Shown here: in pieces, positions 37,648 to 47,354 of the stretch | Layout: every line of letters begins with the position of its first letter | How positions within the stretch are numbered: the stretch's first letter is position 1 | Origin: a bacterium | GTDB lineage: Bacteria; Zixibacteria; MSB-5A5; WJJR01 | Reading direction: 5' to 3' | DNA: 64,000 bases | Assembly (NCBI GenBank): GCA_021813505.1 | Contig: JAKAKI010000071.1 | Span: 45-64,044 of the forward strand | Made by a program: the position numbers and the translations under genes | Notes under the pieces: generated by a model | The model's input: the letters and a program-made list of their open reading frames with translations, nothing else | Told to the model about the DNA's origin: nothing | The model's database searches: none

Positions 37648-38048
37648 AGGTTCCCTGATCGCGTGGTGCATCGGGTGCCGCTTGGCCAGCGGTTCATCCG
37701 TTTCGTGCCTCCAATCGCCCGGGTTCTGCTGCCGGATGGCGTAATCGGTTGGGATTCAAGCCGATACGCCCGGAAGGCGGGGGCCGGCGAGGACGGGGCA
37801 TTAGTAAAGAAGATACATTATATGTCGATAATTCAAACCGAGGGCTAAGATCAGCTTAGCGAGACTGGCCGATCCAAAATCGGCTGGGGTGGTAACTCGT
37901 CTTAAGGTGCGGCGGGGCCATCGCTCGTTCGAATTCAACGCTTGCTGCCAGACGGGTCGAGCATGTTTGCGTCACAAGCCAACGTTTCCCGCTGTTGCCG
38001 GTCCCATCGGCATGAGTCGTCCCGGATGCCCCTCGGGCAGCCTCACGG

Positions 38049-41000
38049 GTGCACACGGACATGACGGCGATCCTGATCATTTCCGTGGTGCTTCAATCAT
38101 GTGCGGCGTTCATGGCGTTGCGTATGATCCCGATCACCCACAGGCGGAAGGCGTGGATTCTCATCGCATCGGCCCTGTCGCTCCTGGCTCTGCGCCGGGT
38201 GGCCACCGCATACTACGCGCTGCTCGCTTCCGGGGATGCTGCCACGATCCCGGTGGCGGAAGTCATCGCTATGATCGGCTCCGCGGCGCTGGTTGTCGGC
38301 ATGGCAGCCATCCGCCCGATGTTCCTGGCAATGCGGGCCTCTGAGGATGCCGTCCGTCAGAGTGAACGGCGCTTCCGCAATCTCTACGAATCGGCTCCCT
38401 GTGGATTTCTCTCGCTGGACCGTGAAGGTATCATTCGCCAGTGCAATCGGCGGGCGGAACAAATCCTGGGCTATGCACGCGGGGCGCTCCTCGGAGTACC
38501 CATGGCCGGGCTGCTCCTCGAATCCGACGGGGACAACAACGGACGGTCAGTGATGTCGTCGGAGCGATTGTGGCAGGGCTCCTCGTTGACCGATCTCGAA
38601 GTCCAGATGTGCACCGCCGATGCGCACGCCATTTGGGTCAGCCTGACGATTGACCCCATCATGGATACCCATGATACACTCACGGAATTCCGTGCCATTA
38701 TTGTCGACATCACAGAACGGCTGGTCGCCAATGACCAGCTCCGTTCAACGCAGTTCGCCGTCGATCACGTGGGCGAGGCGGTCACGCAGATCGGCGCCGA
38801 CGGCCGCTTCCTGTACGCCAACGATATCGCGGTGGCCAGTCTGGGCTATTCGCGGGCTGCTCTTCTCACCAAGCATCTCTGGGACATTGACCCGCAGTTG
38901 TCCGAGGCCGGGTGGCCGACATTCTGGGACGATCTCCGCCATCGCGGGACCGTGGTGTTGGAGTCGGAGGCTCGCCATGCGGACGGCTCTCTCCACCCGG
39001 TGGAGGCGACCATCAGCTACGTCGACCTGTCGGGTAACGAATTCCTATTCAGCTTTGTCCGAGACATTTCCGAGCGCAAACGCGCTCAGGAGCGGCTGGA
39101 ACAAACGCAATACATCGTCGATCACGCAGGGGAAGCCATCTTTCTCATGGATCGAGATGGCCGATTCACCTACGTCAACGACACAGCCTGCAGATCCCTC
39201 AAGTATTCCCGGGAAGCACTGTTGGGGATGAAAGTCTTCGATATCGATCCCGTGTTTACAAAGGAACAATGGGAACTCGGTTGGCAACAGATCAACCGGC
39301 GCACATCTAAACTCGTGGAATCAGTGCATCGTGACAAGAACGGGAGAGACTTTCCCGTCGAAATCAGTGCCAATCACATGATTGTCGGTGGCCATGAGTA
39401 CGATTGCGCCTTCGTTCGTGATATCTCCCAACGGCGGCAGTCAGAGGCAGCGTTGAAATTGAGCGAGGAGCGATTCCGTGTCTGCCTGAAAAACTCCCCG
39501 ATCGTGATGTTCAATCAGGATTCGGAACTGCGCTACACCTGGGTCTATCACCCCGTGGAAGGCACGCGCGAAGGCGGCATCATCGGCCTGACCGACACCG
39601 ATCTCCTGGCTCCGGCGGAGGCCAACCCGCTGATGGTCTTCAAGCGGAGCGTGATTGAAAGCGGGCTCGGCCGCCGGGGCGAATTCAAGCTGACCATGGT
39701 CAGGGGGAATCCCCGAATCTACGATTTGACCGCCGAGCCGCTGCGCGATCCCACCGGCGCTATCGTTGGCATCACCTGCGCCGCCGTCGACGTGACCGAT
39801 GTCCGCGACATGCAGCAATCCCTCAGTGAGAGTGAGGAACTGCACCGGACCGTGGTCAATGCACTCGATGAAGGCGTCCTGATCTGGGGACGTGAGGGTC
39901 GGGTACTGGCCGTCAATCCATCGGCCGAGCGGATTCTCAAGATTTCGGTCGAACAGGTTCTTGCCAATCCCGCCCCCGCGCAGGGCTGGCAATTCCTGCG
40001 CACCGATGGTTCCCTCATTGCCATCGAGGAGCTTCCCAGCGAACGCGCCATCCGGTCCGGAGAGACCTGCACTGACCTGATCGTCGGCATACGCCGTCCC
40101 GGGAGCGACCTCCAATGGTTCTCGGTCAATTCCTGTCCCATCTACCACGGGAGCCAGAGTGAGCCATATGCCGCCGTCCTGTCCTTCCGGGATATCACCT
40201 CGATTAAGGCCATCCAGGACGCACTCCGCGAGTCCGAACGCCGCTTCCGCGAGATGCTGGCCGGCGTGCAATTGATCGCTGTGACACTGGACATCAACGG
40301 CAAAGTCACGTTCTGCAATGATCACCTGCTCACGCTGACCGGCTGGCAACGGGACGAAGTGATCGGTCAAGGCTGGTTCGACCGATTTGTCCCGATTGAC
40401 GTACGGGCGGAAACCAATCCCAGCTTCCGGCACGACACGCCGCTGGGCATGATCCCGGCCCACCGGGAGAACGACATTCTGACGAAGGACGGCCGGCGGC
40501 GTCTCATCCGCTGGAGCAATACCATCCTACGGGATCCGCAAGGCCAAGTCATCGGAACGGCCAGTCTCGGCGAGGATATCACAGAACGCAAGCTGGCGGA
40601 AGAGACGCTGCAACGCGATCTTGTCTTCAAGACGGCCGTTGTGGATATCTCCGAACATGCGCTTCTCCCCACGGCGGACATTGCCTCGATCGCGCACCTT
40701 GTACTGGAACGGGCCATGGCGCTCACTGGAAGCAAACATGGGTTTGTCGCCGAGGTGGATCCGGCGTCCGGGGATGTCATCCCTCATACACTGGTGCAAG
40801 TGATGGACCCGGGCTGCGAGGTCACCCACGACAGACAGAGCATCGTCTTCGCCAAAGGACCCGACGGTTACACTGGGCTGTGGGGTTACGCCCTGAATAT
40901 GGAAAAACCGTTCTACACCAATTCACCGCCGGATCGTCCCGGCGTCCAGTATTGCTGTCCCAAGTGCCATGTGCCCATTGAACGACTACTGTCAGTGCCG

Positions 41001-43910
41001 GCGACAAGCGGCAAGAGGATCGTTGGCCAGATCGCGCTGGCCAATTCGTCCGCCGACTACACGGACGATCAGCTCGACTCGATCCGCGAACTGGCCGCCG
41101 TGTATGCCATGGCCGTCGAACACCTTCACTCGGGAGGCGCTCTGCGCCACCGGGAATACCAGCTCAAAGAGGCCCAACGTCTCGCACTCGTGGGCAGTTG
41201 GGAATTGGATTTGAGCACTGACACGCTGGCATGGTCCGATGAGATCTTTCGGATCTTTGAAATCGATCCTGACAAGTTCGGTGCGTCGTACGAGATGTTT
41301 CTGTCCACCGTCCATCCCGAAGACCGGGAGATGGTCGACCGCGCGTTCTCCGACTCTCTGGCCAACAAGACACCGTACGACGTGGTCCACCGGTTGCTCT
41401 TCCCGGATGGCCGGCTAAAGTATGTCCACGAGCGCGGCGAAACCCACTATGACGATACCGGCCTTCCGCGCCGCACCGTCGGGACCGTCCAGGACATCAC
41501 CGAACAGAAGCACTCCGAGGAGGAAATCGGCATCCTCAAGCGCGCCCTGGATGCGCATCACGATGGCGTTTACTGGATGGACAGTGACAACAAGTTCGTG
41601 TATCTGAATGATGCCGCCTGCCACATACTGGGATACCGGCGAGAGGAACTGATCGGGAAATTCGTCTGGGAGGTCAACCCGGTGGCGACGCCGGAGGGGA
41701 TGGCAGGCGTCTGGGACAAGCTCCGGACGGATGGGTACTTTAATGCCGAATCGGTGTATCGCCGGCGGGACGGCAGCACGCTGCCCGTCGAGATCATGAC
41801 CACGTACGTCCTGCACGAAGGGCGTGAATATGCCGCCGGATTCGCACGCGACATTTCTGAGCGCCAGCGGACTGAAGCGATTGAAACCGCCCGCCTCAGA
41901 CTGCTGGAATTCGCGGTGACGCACGATCTGGATGAAGTTCTGCAGAAGTGCCTGGATGAAGCAGAACTGCTAACGGGCAGCAGGATCGGGTTCTACCATC
42001 TTGTGGATCCCGACGAGAAGTCCCTGACACTTCAGATCTGGTCAACCAAGACCCTGGCGAACATGTGTACCGCCGAAGGAAAGGGCAGCCACTACGCTAT
42101 CGACGAGGCGGGCGTGTGGGTGGATTGTGTGCATGAACGGCGCCCTGTGATCCATAATGACTATGCCGCTCTCAGCCACCGCAAAGGTCTGCCGGCCGGA
42201 CACGCAGAGGTCACACGGGAACTCGTAATTCCGGTCATGCGTGCCGATCACATCGTTGCGATCATGGGCGTTGGCAATAAGGAGCACGATTACACCGAGG
42301 ACGATGTCAAAGTCCTGTCGCACCTGTCGGACCTCTCCTGGGACATCGCCGGGCGCTTGCGGGCCGAAGTTGCGCTCAGAGAAGCCCTCACACGGCTCGA
42401 GGCCGTCGTGGGCCAGACCCCCCTGGTGGCAATACAGAGTCTCGACCGGGATGGCAGAATCAAAGCCTGGAATCCCGCTTGCGAGAGGCTCTATGGACAC
42501 GCTGCGGCCGGTGTGATCGGCCGGAGTCTCCAGGAAGTGCTCTTTGACGATCAAGAGGCATTGAACTTCGAGGACACCTTGCGTTCCGTGTGGGATGAGC
42601 GCAAGCCGTCCACGCCGCGGGAGCGTGCCGCCCATACGCGCGACGGAGCGGCTCGGATTACCTATTCCGCGATGTTTCCCATTCTGGAAGACAAGACAGT
42701 CGTCGAAGTCATCCGCATGGACGTTGACATCACCGGCCGCAAGCAGGCAGAGGAACAGCTTCTGCGAGCCAAACGTCTCGAAGCGGCCGGCCAGTTGGCA
42801 GGACAGATCGCCCATGATTTCAACAATCTCCTTGGACCGCTGGTGGCGTACCCAGAGCTGATCGCGCCGCATCTCCCGCCGGATGCGCGCCTGCAGGAAA
42901 TGCTGCACGACATGGCGGCGGCGGCCCGCCAAATCGCCGACATCAACCAGGAGTTGCTGACCATGAGCCGCCGCGGGCACTACAATCTCGAACCGCTCGA
43001 TTTGAACCGTCTTGTCGAGCATTGCCTGCGCACTGTGTCAACCCCCGCACCGATCACGGTTGAACGTCAACTGAGCGAACGTCTCCCACTGGTGCGCGGC
43101 GGCGCCTCGCAAATCATGCGACTCCTGAACAACCTGATCAATAATGCTTTTGACGCCATGCCGGAAGGCGGTGCGCTGACGGTACGCACGTCGAAGGTCA
43201 GCCTCAACGCCCCGCTCAAACGGTACCCCGATGTTCGGCCCGGTGAATTCATCCGCCTCGACATCACCGATACCGGCCGTGGCATCCCCACCGGCACAGC
43301 CGAGCGTATCTTCGAACCGTTCTTCACCACCAAGAAGGCCGACCGCCGGCGTGGCAGCGGCCTGGGACTCGCGGTTGTCCACTCGGTGATGGAGGACCAC
43401 GAAGGCTACGTTGATTTCGAAAGCGAGCCCGGCAAGGGGACAACCTTCAGCCTTTATTTCCCGGTCCATCCCATCACGGCACCGGAGCCCGTACGCGATG
43501 CGGATGTTCCGATGGGCACCGGACAGAGTGTGCTGGTGGTGGATGACGATTCGATGCAGCGGCGGATCGCCGAGCGCACACTCAAGCGTTTGGGGTACAC
43601 CGTCCACACGGTGGGGAGCGGCGAGGAAGCTGTCGAATTTGTCGCCCAGCATCCGCAGGAGATTCTCCTGTTGGACATGGTGATGGACGGCATCGACGGC
43701 ACCGAGACCTTGCGCCGGATCAAAAGACAATACCCCGGCCAAATTGCGATCATTCTCTCGGGCTACGCGTGCAGCGATCGTGTCGACGAAGCGCTGCGTC
43801 TCGGCGCGAAAGGCCTCATCCAAAAGCCGGTTCATCTCGCGACCCTGGCATCGGCCCTCCATGATGCCCTGCACGAGAAGGAAGTCACTACCGCAACGGT
43901 CATTTCCTGA
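38049..43910 (+). CDS. giant hybrid sensor histidine kinase (TM anchor, ~9 PAS, 2 GAF, HisKA, HATPase_c, receiver)
   Basis: 1953-aa ORF. Repeated PAS cores (e.g. RFRNLYESAPCGF, IVDHAGEAIFLMDRDGRFTYVND). GAF-like segments (LTGSKHGFVAEVD; LTGSRIGFYHLVD). H-box QIAHDFNNLLGPL. HATPase NLINNAFDAM...DTGRGI...GSGLGLAVV. Receiver VLVVDDD...LLLDMVMDGIDG...IILSGY. GTG 38049; alternative ATG 38061. Confidence 0.88.
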   Translation: MHTDMTAILIISVVLQSCAAFMALRMIPITHRRKAWILIASALSLLALRRVATAYYALLASGDAATIPVAEVIAMIGSAALVVGMAAIRPMFLAMRASEDAVRQSERRFRNLYESAPCGFLSLDREGIIRQCNRRAEQILGYARGALLGVPMAGLLLESDGDNNGRSVMSSERLWQGSSLTDLEVQMCTADAHAIWVSLTIDPIMDTHDTLTEFRAIIVDITERLVANDQLRSTQFAVDHVGEAVTQIGADGRFLYANDIAVASLGYSRAALLTKHLWDIDPQLSEAGWPTFWDDLRHRGTVVLESEARHADGSLHPVEATISYVDLSGNEFLFSFVRDISERKRAQERLEQTQYIVDHAGEAIFLMDRDGRFTYVNDTACRSLKYSREALLGMKVFDIDPVFTKEQWELGWQQINRRTSKLVESVHRDKNGRDFPVEISANHMIVGGHEYDCAFVRDISQRRQSEAALKLSEERFRVCLKNSPIVMFNQDSELRYTWVYHPVEGTREGGIIGLTDTDLLAPAEANPLMVFKRSVIESGLGRRGEFKLTMVRGNPRIYDLTAEPLRDPTGAIVGITCAAVDVTDVRDMQQSLSESEELHRTVVNALDEGVLIWGREGRVLAVNPSAERILKISVEQVLANPAPAQGWQFLRTDGSLIAIEELPSERAIRSGETCTDLIVGIRRPGSDLQWFSVNSCPIYHGSQSEPYAAVLSFRDITSIKAIQDALRESERRFREMLAGVQLIAVTLDINGKVTFCNDHLLTLTGWQRDEVIGQGWFDRFVPIDVRAETNPSFRHDTPLGMIPAHRENDILTKDGRRRLIRWSNTILRDPQGQVIGTASLGEDITERKLAEETLQRDLVFKTAVVDISEHALLPTADIASIAHLVLERAMALTGSKHGFVAEVDPASGDVIPHTLVQVMDPGCEVTHDRQSIVFAKGPDGYTGLWGYALNMEKPFYTNSPPDRPGVQYCCPKCHVPIERLLSVPATSGKRIVGQIALANSSADYTDDQLDSIRELAAVYAMAVEHLHSGGALRHREYQLKEAQRLALVGSWELDLSTDTLAWSDEIFRIFEIDPDKFGASYEMFLSTVHPEDREMVDRAFSDSLANKTPYDVVHRLLFPDGRLKYVHERGETHYDDTGLPRRTVGTVQDITEQKHSEEEIGILKRALDAHHDGVYWMDSDNKFVYLNDAACHILGYRREELIGKFVWEVNPVATPEGMAGVWDKLRTDGYFNAESVYRRRDGSTLPVEIMTTYVLHEGREYAAGFARDISERQRTEAIETARLRLLEFAVTHDLDEVLQKCLDEAELLTGSRIGFYHLVDPDEKSLTLQIWSTKTLANMCTAEGKGSHYAIDEAGVWVDCVHERRPVIHNDYAALSHRKGLPAGHAEVTRELVIPVMRADHIVAIMGVGNKEHDYTEDDVKVLSHLSDLSWDIAGRLRAEVALREALTRLEAVVGQTPLVAIQSLDRDGRIKAWNPACERLYGHAAAGVIGRSLQEVLFDDQEALNFEDTLRSVWDERKPSTPRERAAHTRDGAARITYSAMFPILEDKTVVEVIRMDVDITGRKQAEEQLLRAKRLEAAGQLAGQIAHDFNNLLGPLVAYPELIAPHLPPDARLQEMLHDMAAAARQIADINQELLTMSRRGHYNLEPLDLNRLVEHCLRTVSTPAPITVERQLSERLPLVRGGASQIMRLLNNLINNAFDAMPEGGALTVRTSKVSLNAPLKRYPDVRPGEFIRLDITDTGRGIPTGTAERIFEPFFTTKKADRRRGSGLGLAVVHSVMEDHEGYVDFESEPGKGTTFSLYFPVHPITAPEPVRDADVPMGTGQSVLVVDDDSMQRRIAERTLKRLGYTVHTVGSGEEAVEFVAQHPQEILLLDMVMDGIDGTETLRRIKRQYPGQIAIILSGYACSDRVDEALRLGAKGLIQKPVHLATLASALHDALHEKEVTTATVIS

Positions 43911-43974
43911 GGAAGTAAATTCGAATCCGTGCCGCCCGCACCGTTTACCCACCCTATCGGATAGTGAGCGCTGG

Positions 43975-44470
43975 GAGGGCGCCCACGCCACATGCGCGGC
44001 AACGCGCGCCGTCAAAGCGCCCTCACCCCCGGCCCCTCTCCCAGAGGGAGAGGGGAGAAAAGCTTCCCGTTGGCACAGTTCGCGTAGCACAGTTCGGGTA
44101 GCACAGCTCGGTAGCACAGTTCGGGTAGCACAGTTCGGGTAGCACAGTTCGGATAGCACAGTTCGGATAGCACAGTTCGGATAGCACAGTTCGGATAGCA
44201 CAGTTCGGTAGCACAGTTCGGATAGCACAGCTCGGTAGCACAGCTCGGTAGCACAGTTCGTGCACCTCACGGCTGCCTGCTCCCTCTCCCTCTGGGAGAG
44301 GGTTGGGGTGAGGGCGTTTTGGGAGCGGCAGATCCGAATGTGGCCGGGTGCCCCACAACTCGCTGTGGGTCGACTTCCGCACGCACAAGGCGCACTTGTG
44401 CACAAGCTGGCGCCCACAGCAAGCTGTGGGGCGCCAAATTCCACGCGGGCGAGGGCGCCCGCGCCACATG
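43975..44470. repeat. composite mosaic of nested palindromic modules upstream of thiL
   Basis: Modules, in order: GAGGGCGCCC.CGCCACAT; GCCCTCACCCCCGGCCCCTCTCCCAGAGGGAGAGGGG; a tandem array; the inverted copy CCCTCTCCCTCTGGGAGAGGGTTGGGGTGAGGGC; then GGTGCCCCACAACTCGCTGTGGG...CCCACAGCAAGCTGTGGGGCGCC (44347-44435). The same modules recur at 46603-47354. Confidence 0.85.
44071..44260 (+). repeat. tandem repeat, 14 units of 13-14 nt (consensus G(A)TAGCACAGTTCG(G))
   Basis: Counted directly, unit by unit, over 44071-44260. Variants include GTAGCACAGCTCG, GATAGCACAGTTCG and GTAGCACAGTTCGG. No spacers. Confidence 0.95.
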
Positions 44471-44565
44471 CACTCGCCTCCCCGCCTCCATTCCCGATTG
44501 ACCCATCGCGTCATCCGATTGTTATTCACATCTGTCGTCCGGTGTCGGGCGACGATCGGACTCCC

Positions 44566-45585
44566 ATGCGTCCCGGCGAATTCGAATGGATTGAACAACT
44601 GGCGCGCCGCTTCGGCAGCGGTGATCGCGGCGGTGGCCTGATCGGCATCGGCGATGATGCCGCCATCATTCCGTTCGGTCCATCCGTCGCTGATGAGGCG
44701 CTCGCGATCTCGGTCGATGCACAGGTTGAGGACATACACTTCCAGCGCGGCTGGATCGGCTTTCACGATCTCGCACGGCGGCTGGTCCACGTCGGATTCT
44801 CGGACATCGCGGCGATGGGCGCCGCCCCGCTCTATGCACTGGTCTCAGTGGAAGTCGGCCCGGAGATCGGCGAGGACGATCTGGCCGCATTTACCGAAGG
44901 CATGCAGATTGGATTGCGTGAGTTGCCCGCGGAGCTGATCGGCGGGAATGTTTCGGCGCGTGCCGGCGGTTTCTCGGCGCACATCACGGCCATCGGGCGA
45001 CAGAAACGCCAGTTGATGCTGCGCCGCAATGGCGCGCATCCGGGCGATGGCATCTATGTCACCGGCAAACTCGGTGCCGCCGCCGCTGCGATTCGCGCGT
45101 TCACTTCTGTCAAGGACGCATCGCTCCCCATTCCTCCAGCCCTGATTGATGCGTTTCGAAAACCACGCGCGCATATCCGCGAAGGACTGATTCTCGCGGA
45201 ATCCGGCTGGGCGACGGCGGCGATTGATATCTCCGACGGATTGCTCCCCGACCTCGGTCACATTGGCAAGGCGAGCGGTACCGGCGCGACTCTCGATCTG
45301 GACCACCTGCCGATTTCCGATGCGCTGCGCGCCTGGATGCCGAACGATGTCGCCGGCGCCGAGGTGCTGGCGCTCACCGGTGGCGAGAACTATGTTCTCC
45401 TGTTTACCGCGGCCAACAATCCCGCCAAAGAAGCGGAAGCAGCCCGCCGGTTTGCAGAAGCGGGTGGGCAATTCTGGCGAGTTGGCACAATCACTGCCGA
45501 GAAGCACATGGTTGGACTGCGGACCGGGCGGGAAGTCCCGCTGCCCACCGGGCGATTCGATCATCTGCACGGACCACTACCTTAG
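44566..45585 (+). CDS. thiL: thiamine-monophosphate kinase
   Basis: EFEWIEQL, GIGDDAAI, SVDAQVEDIHF, GFSDIAAMGAAP, IGGNVS, PGDGIYVTGKLG. The track ORF (from 44260) reads through the repeat mosaic, so ATG 44566 was chosen. Confidence 0.85.
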   Translation: MRPGEFEWIEQLARRFGSGDRGGGLIGIGDDAAIIPFGPSVADEALAISVDAQVEDIHFQRGWIGFHDLARRLVHVGFSDIAAMGAAPLYALVSVEVGPEIGEDDLAAFTEGMQIGLRELPAELIGGNVSARAGGFSAHITAIGRQKRQLMLRRNGAHPGDGIYVTGKLGAAAAAIRAFTSVKDASLPIPPALIDAFRKPRAHIREGLILAESGWATAAIDISDGLLPDLGHIGKASGTGATLDLDHLPISDALRAWMPNDVAGAEVLALTGGENYVLLFTAANNPAKEAEAARRFAEAGGQFWRVGTITAEKHMVGLRTGREVPLPTGRFDHLHGPLP

Positions 45586-45634
45586 GGGCCTGTTGAGAAA
45601 CCCCGGGAACGAATTCTATCAATGTGGGGGAGAG

Positions 45635-45790
45635 GGAGATTGCTTCGTCGCTCCCTCCGCCTTCGGCGGAGACGCTCCTCGCAATGACTTGGGGCACAAT
45701 AGCTCCGTGATACTCGTGGCGCAATGACTTGGGGCACAATTCGCGCCCGGATACCCGCAACGTCATTGCGAGCGGAGCGAAGCAATCTCC
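45635..45790. repeat. MITE-like inverted-repeat element with internal 20-nt direct repeat
   Basis: Left arm is GGAGATTGCTTCG...CGCAATGAC, carrying an inserted CTCCGCC-TTC-GGCGGAG hairpin. Right arm is GTCATTGCGAGCGGAGCGAAGCAATCTCC. GCAATGACTTGGGGCACAAT occurs twice (45691-45710 and 45721-45740). Confidence 0.75.
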
Positions 45791-46032
45791 GCCTCACTGC
45801 TGCGGCACCGCCTCGATTGCTCGGGGTTCTGCAAGACGCCCATAAGCTGGCGCGGACACGGCCCTCCCGGTAACACGTTTTCCATCTTGAACATGACTGT
45901 CAATTCGCGGGCCGGGCTCGCCGTGGGCACTTGACTGGGAACCCTGTGAGGTAGTAAGGTTGAAGCTCGGCATTGTGGGGTACCTGAACCTCGAGTGCCG
46001 GCGACAATTGGAAGAAATGGAGGATCGACAAA

Positions 46033-46551
46033 ATGAGTGTGCAAATCGGCCAGCCCGCCCCGGAACTGCAGGGCCAGGCGCTAGTCAACGGCGAGATCAA
46101 GGAATTCAAGCTCTCCGACTTTCGCGGGAAAAACTGGGTGGTGCTGTTTTTCTACCCGCTCGACTTCACCTTCGTCTGCCCGACCGAAATTCGCGGCTTC
46201 AACGCGCATTATGGCGAATTCGAGAAACTCGGTGTCAAAATTGTCGGCGCGTCGGTCGACTCGGTCTACTCCCACAAGGCGTGGGTGCAAGCCGATCTCG
46301 GACCGCTCAAGTTCCCGCTCTTCGCCGACATCACCAAGGACGCTTCGCGCTCCTACAATGTCCTGAAAGAGGACGCCGGGATCGCGCTGCGCGGTACGTT
46401 CATCATCGATGACAAGGGCGTCGTGCGCTCGATCGTGGTCAATGATCTCGGCACCGGCCGTTCGGTCGACGAGACCTTGCGCACAATCGCGGCGCTGCAG
46501 ACCGGCAAGAACACGCCCTGCGAGTGGAAGCCGGGACAGAGCACGCTGTAG
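46033..46551 (+). CDS. typical 2-Cys peroxiredoxin (AhpC/Tsa family)
   Basis: FFYPLDFTFVCPTEI peroxidatic Cys motif, and a resolving-Cys context TPCEWKPG near the C-terminus. GGAGGA 8 nt upstream of the ATG. Confidence 0.9.
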   Translation: MSVQIGQPAPELQGQALVNGEIKEFKLSDFRGKNWVVLFFYPLDFTFVCPTEIRGFNAHYGEFEKLGVKIVGASVDSVYSHKAWVQADLGPLKFPLFADITKDASRSYNVLKEDAGIALRGTFIIDDKGVVRSIVVNDLGTGRSVDETLRTIAALQTGKNTPCEWKPGQSTL

Positions 46552-46574
46552 TTTAATTCCCATGGAACACTTCT

Positions 46575-46599
46575 GGGGTCACGCATAGCGCGTGACCCC
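46575..46599 (+). terminator. stem-loop just after the peroxiredoxin stop
   Basis: GGGGTCACGC-ATAGC-GCGTGACCCC, a perfect 10-bp stem with no clear U-tract. Confidence 0.4.
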
Positions 46600-46602
46600 G
46601 GA

Positions 46603-47215
46603 CCCTCACCCCCGACCCCTCTCCCTGAGGGAGAGGGGAGAAAAGCTCCCCGTTAGCACAGTTCGTGTAGCACAGTTCGTGTAGCCCAGTTCGTGTAGCA
46701 CAGCTCGTGCGCTTCACGGCAGTCTGCTCCCTCTCCCTCTGGGAGAGGATTGGGGTGAGGGCGTTTGTGGCGCGGCCGCCCTCGGCCGCGTGCGCGCGAA
46801 GCGCGCGTCCTCTATCCCAGCGCTCACCCAAAGAGGTTCACCGCTGCGCGGTGAACGCGAGCGAGGGCGCCCGCGCCACATTCGCGGCGGCTCGCGCCAG
46901 CGGAGCGCCCTCACCCCCGGCCCCTCTCCCTGAGGGAGAGGGGAGAAAAGCTCCCCGTTAGCACAGTTCGTGTAGCACAGCTCGTGTAGCACAGCTCGTG
47001 CGCTTCACGGCAGTCTGCTCCCTCTCCCTCTGGGAGAGGGTTGGGGTGAGGGCGTTTGTGGCGCGGCCGCCCTCGGCCGCGTGCGCGCGAAGCGCGCATC
47101 CTCCGTCCCAGCGCTCACCCAAAGAGGTTCACCGCTGCGCGGTGGACGCGGGCGAGGGCGCCCGCGCCACATTGGCGGCGGCTCGCGCCAGCGGAGCGCC
47201 CTCACCCCCGGCCTC
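46603..47215 (+). repeat. direct duplication of a ~291-305 bp composite palindromic unit (2 full copies plus the start of a third)
   Basis: The CCCTCACC anchor recurs at 46603, 46908 and 47199, giving periods of 305 and 291 nt. The 14-nt difference equals one extra tandem unit (4 versus 3 TAGCACAG(T/C)TCGTG units, at 46654-46709 and 46959-47000). Confidence 0.9.
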
Positions 47216-47265
47216 TCTCCTTGCTGGCCTGTGCGGGTCAGCCCTTCGGGCTGACCGTGCCGCCG

Positions 47266-47354
47266 GGTGCCCCACAGCTTGCTGTGGGTCTGCTTCCGCG
47301 CGCACACGGCGCACTTGTGCACACGTTGCCTCCCACAGCAAGCTGTGGGGCACC
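47266..47354. repeat. 23-bp perfect inverted repeat, each arm itself palindromic
   Basis: GGTGCCCCACAGCTTGCTGTGGG (47266-47288) and CCCACAGCAAGCTGTGGGGCACC (47332-47354). A paralogous copy lies at 44347-44435. Confidence 0.9.

Noticed and set aside
44071-44260. The tandem array could be mistaken for a CRISPR array.
   Set aside because: The units are 13-14 nt, directly abutting with no spacers. No cas genes are nearby. The array sits inside a larger palindromic element.
44260-44565. N-terminal 102 codons of the track ORF 44260..45585 (thiL).
   Set aside because: This part translates the repeat mosaic (…SLSLWERVGVRAF…PQLAVG…). ThiL homology (EFEWIEQL…GDDAA) begins at the Met at 44566.
44566-45585. 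Whether this AIR-synthase-fold gene is selD (selenophosphate synthetase), which would support the selenoprotein call.
   Set aside because: The motifs fit ThiL (EFxxI, GDDAA, no N-terminal Cys/Sec-Gly-x-Lys loop). No Sec machinery is visible in this window.
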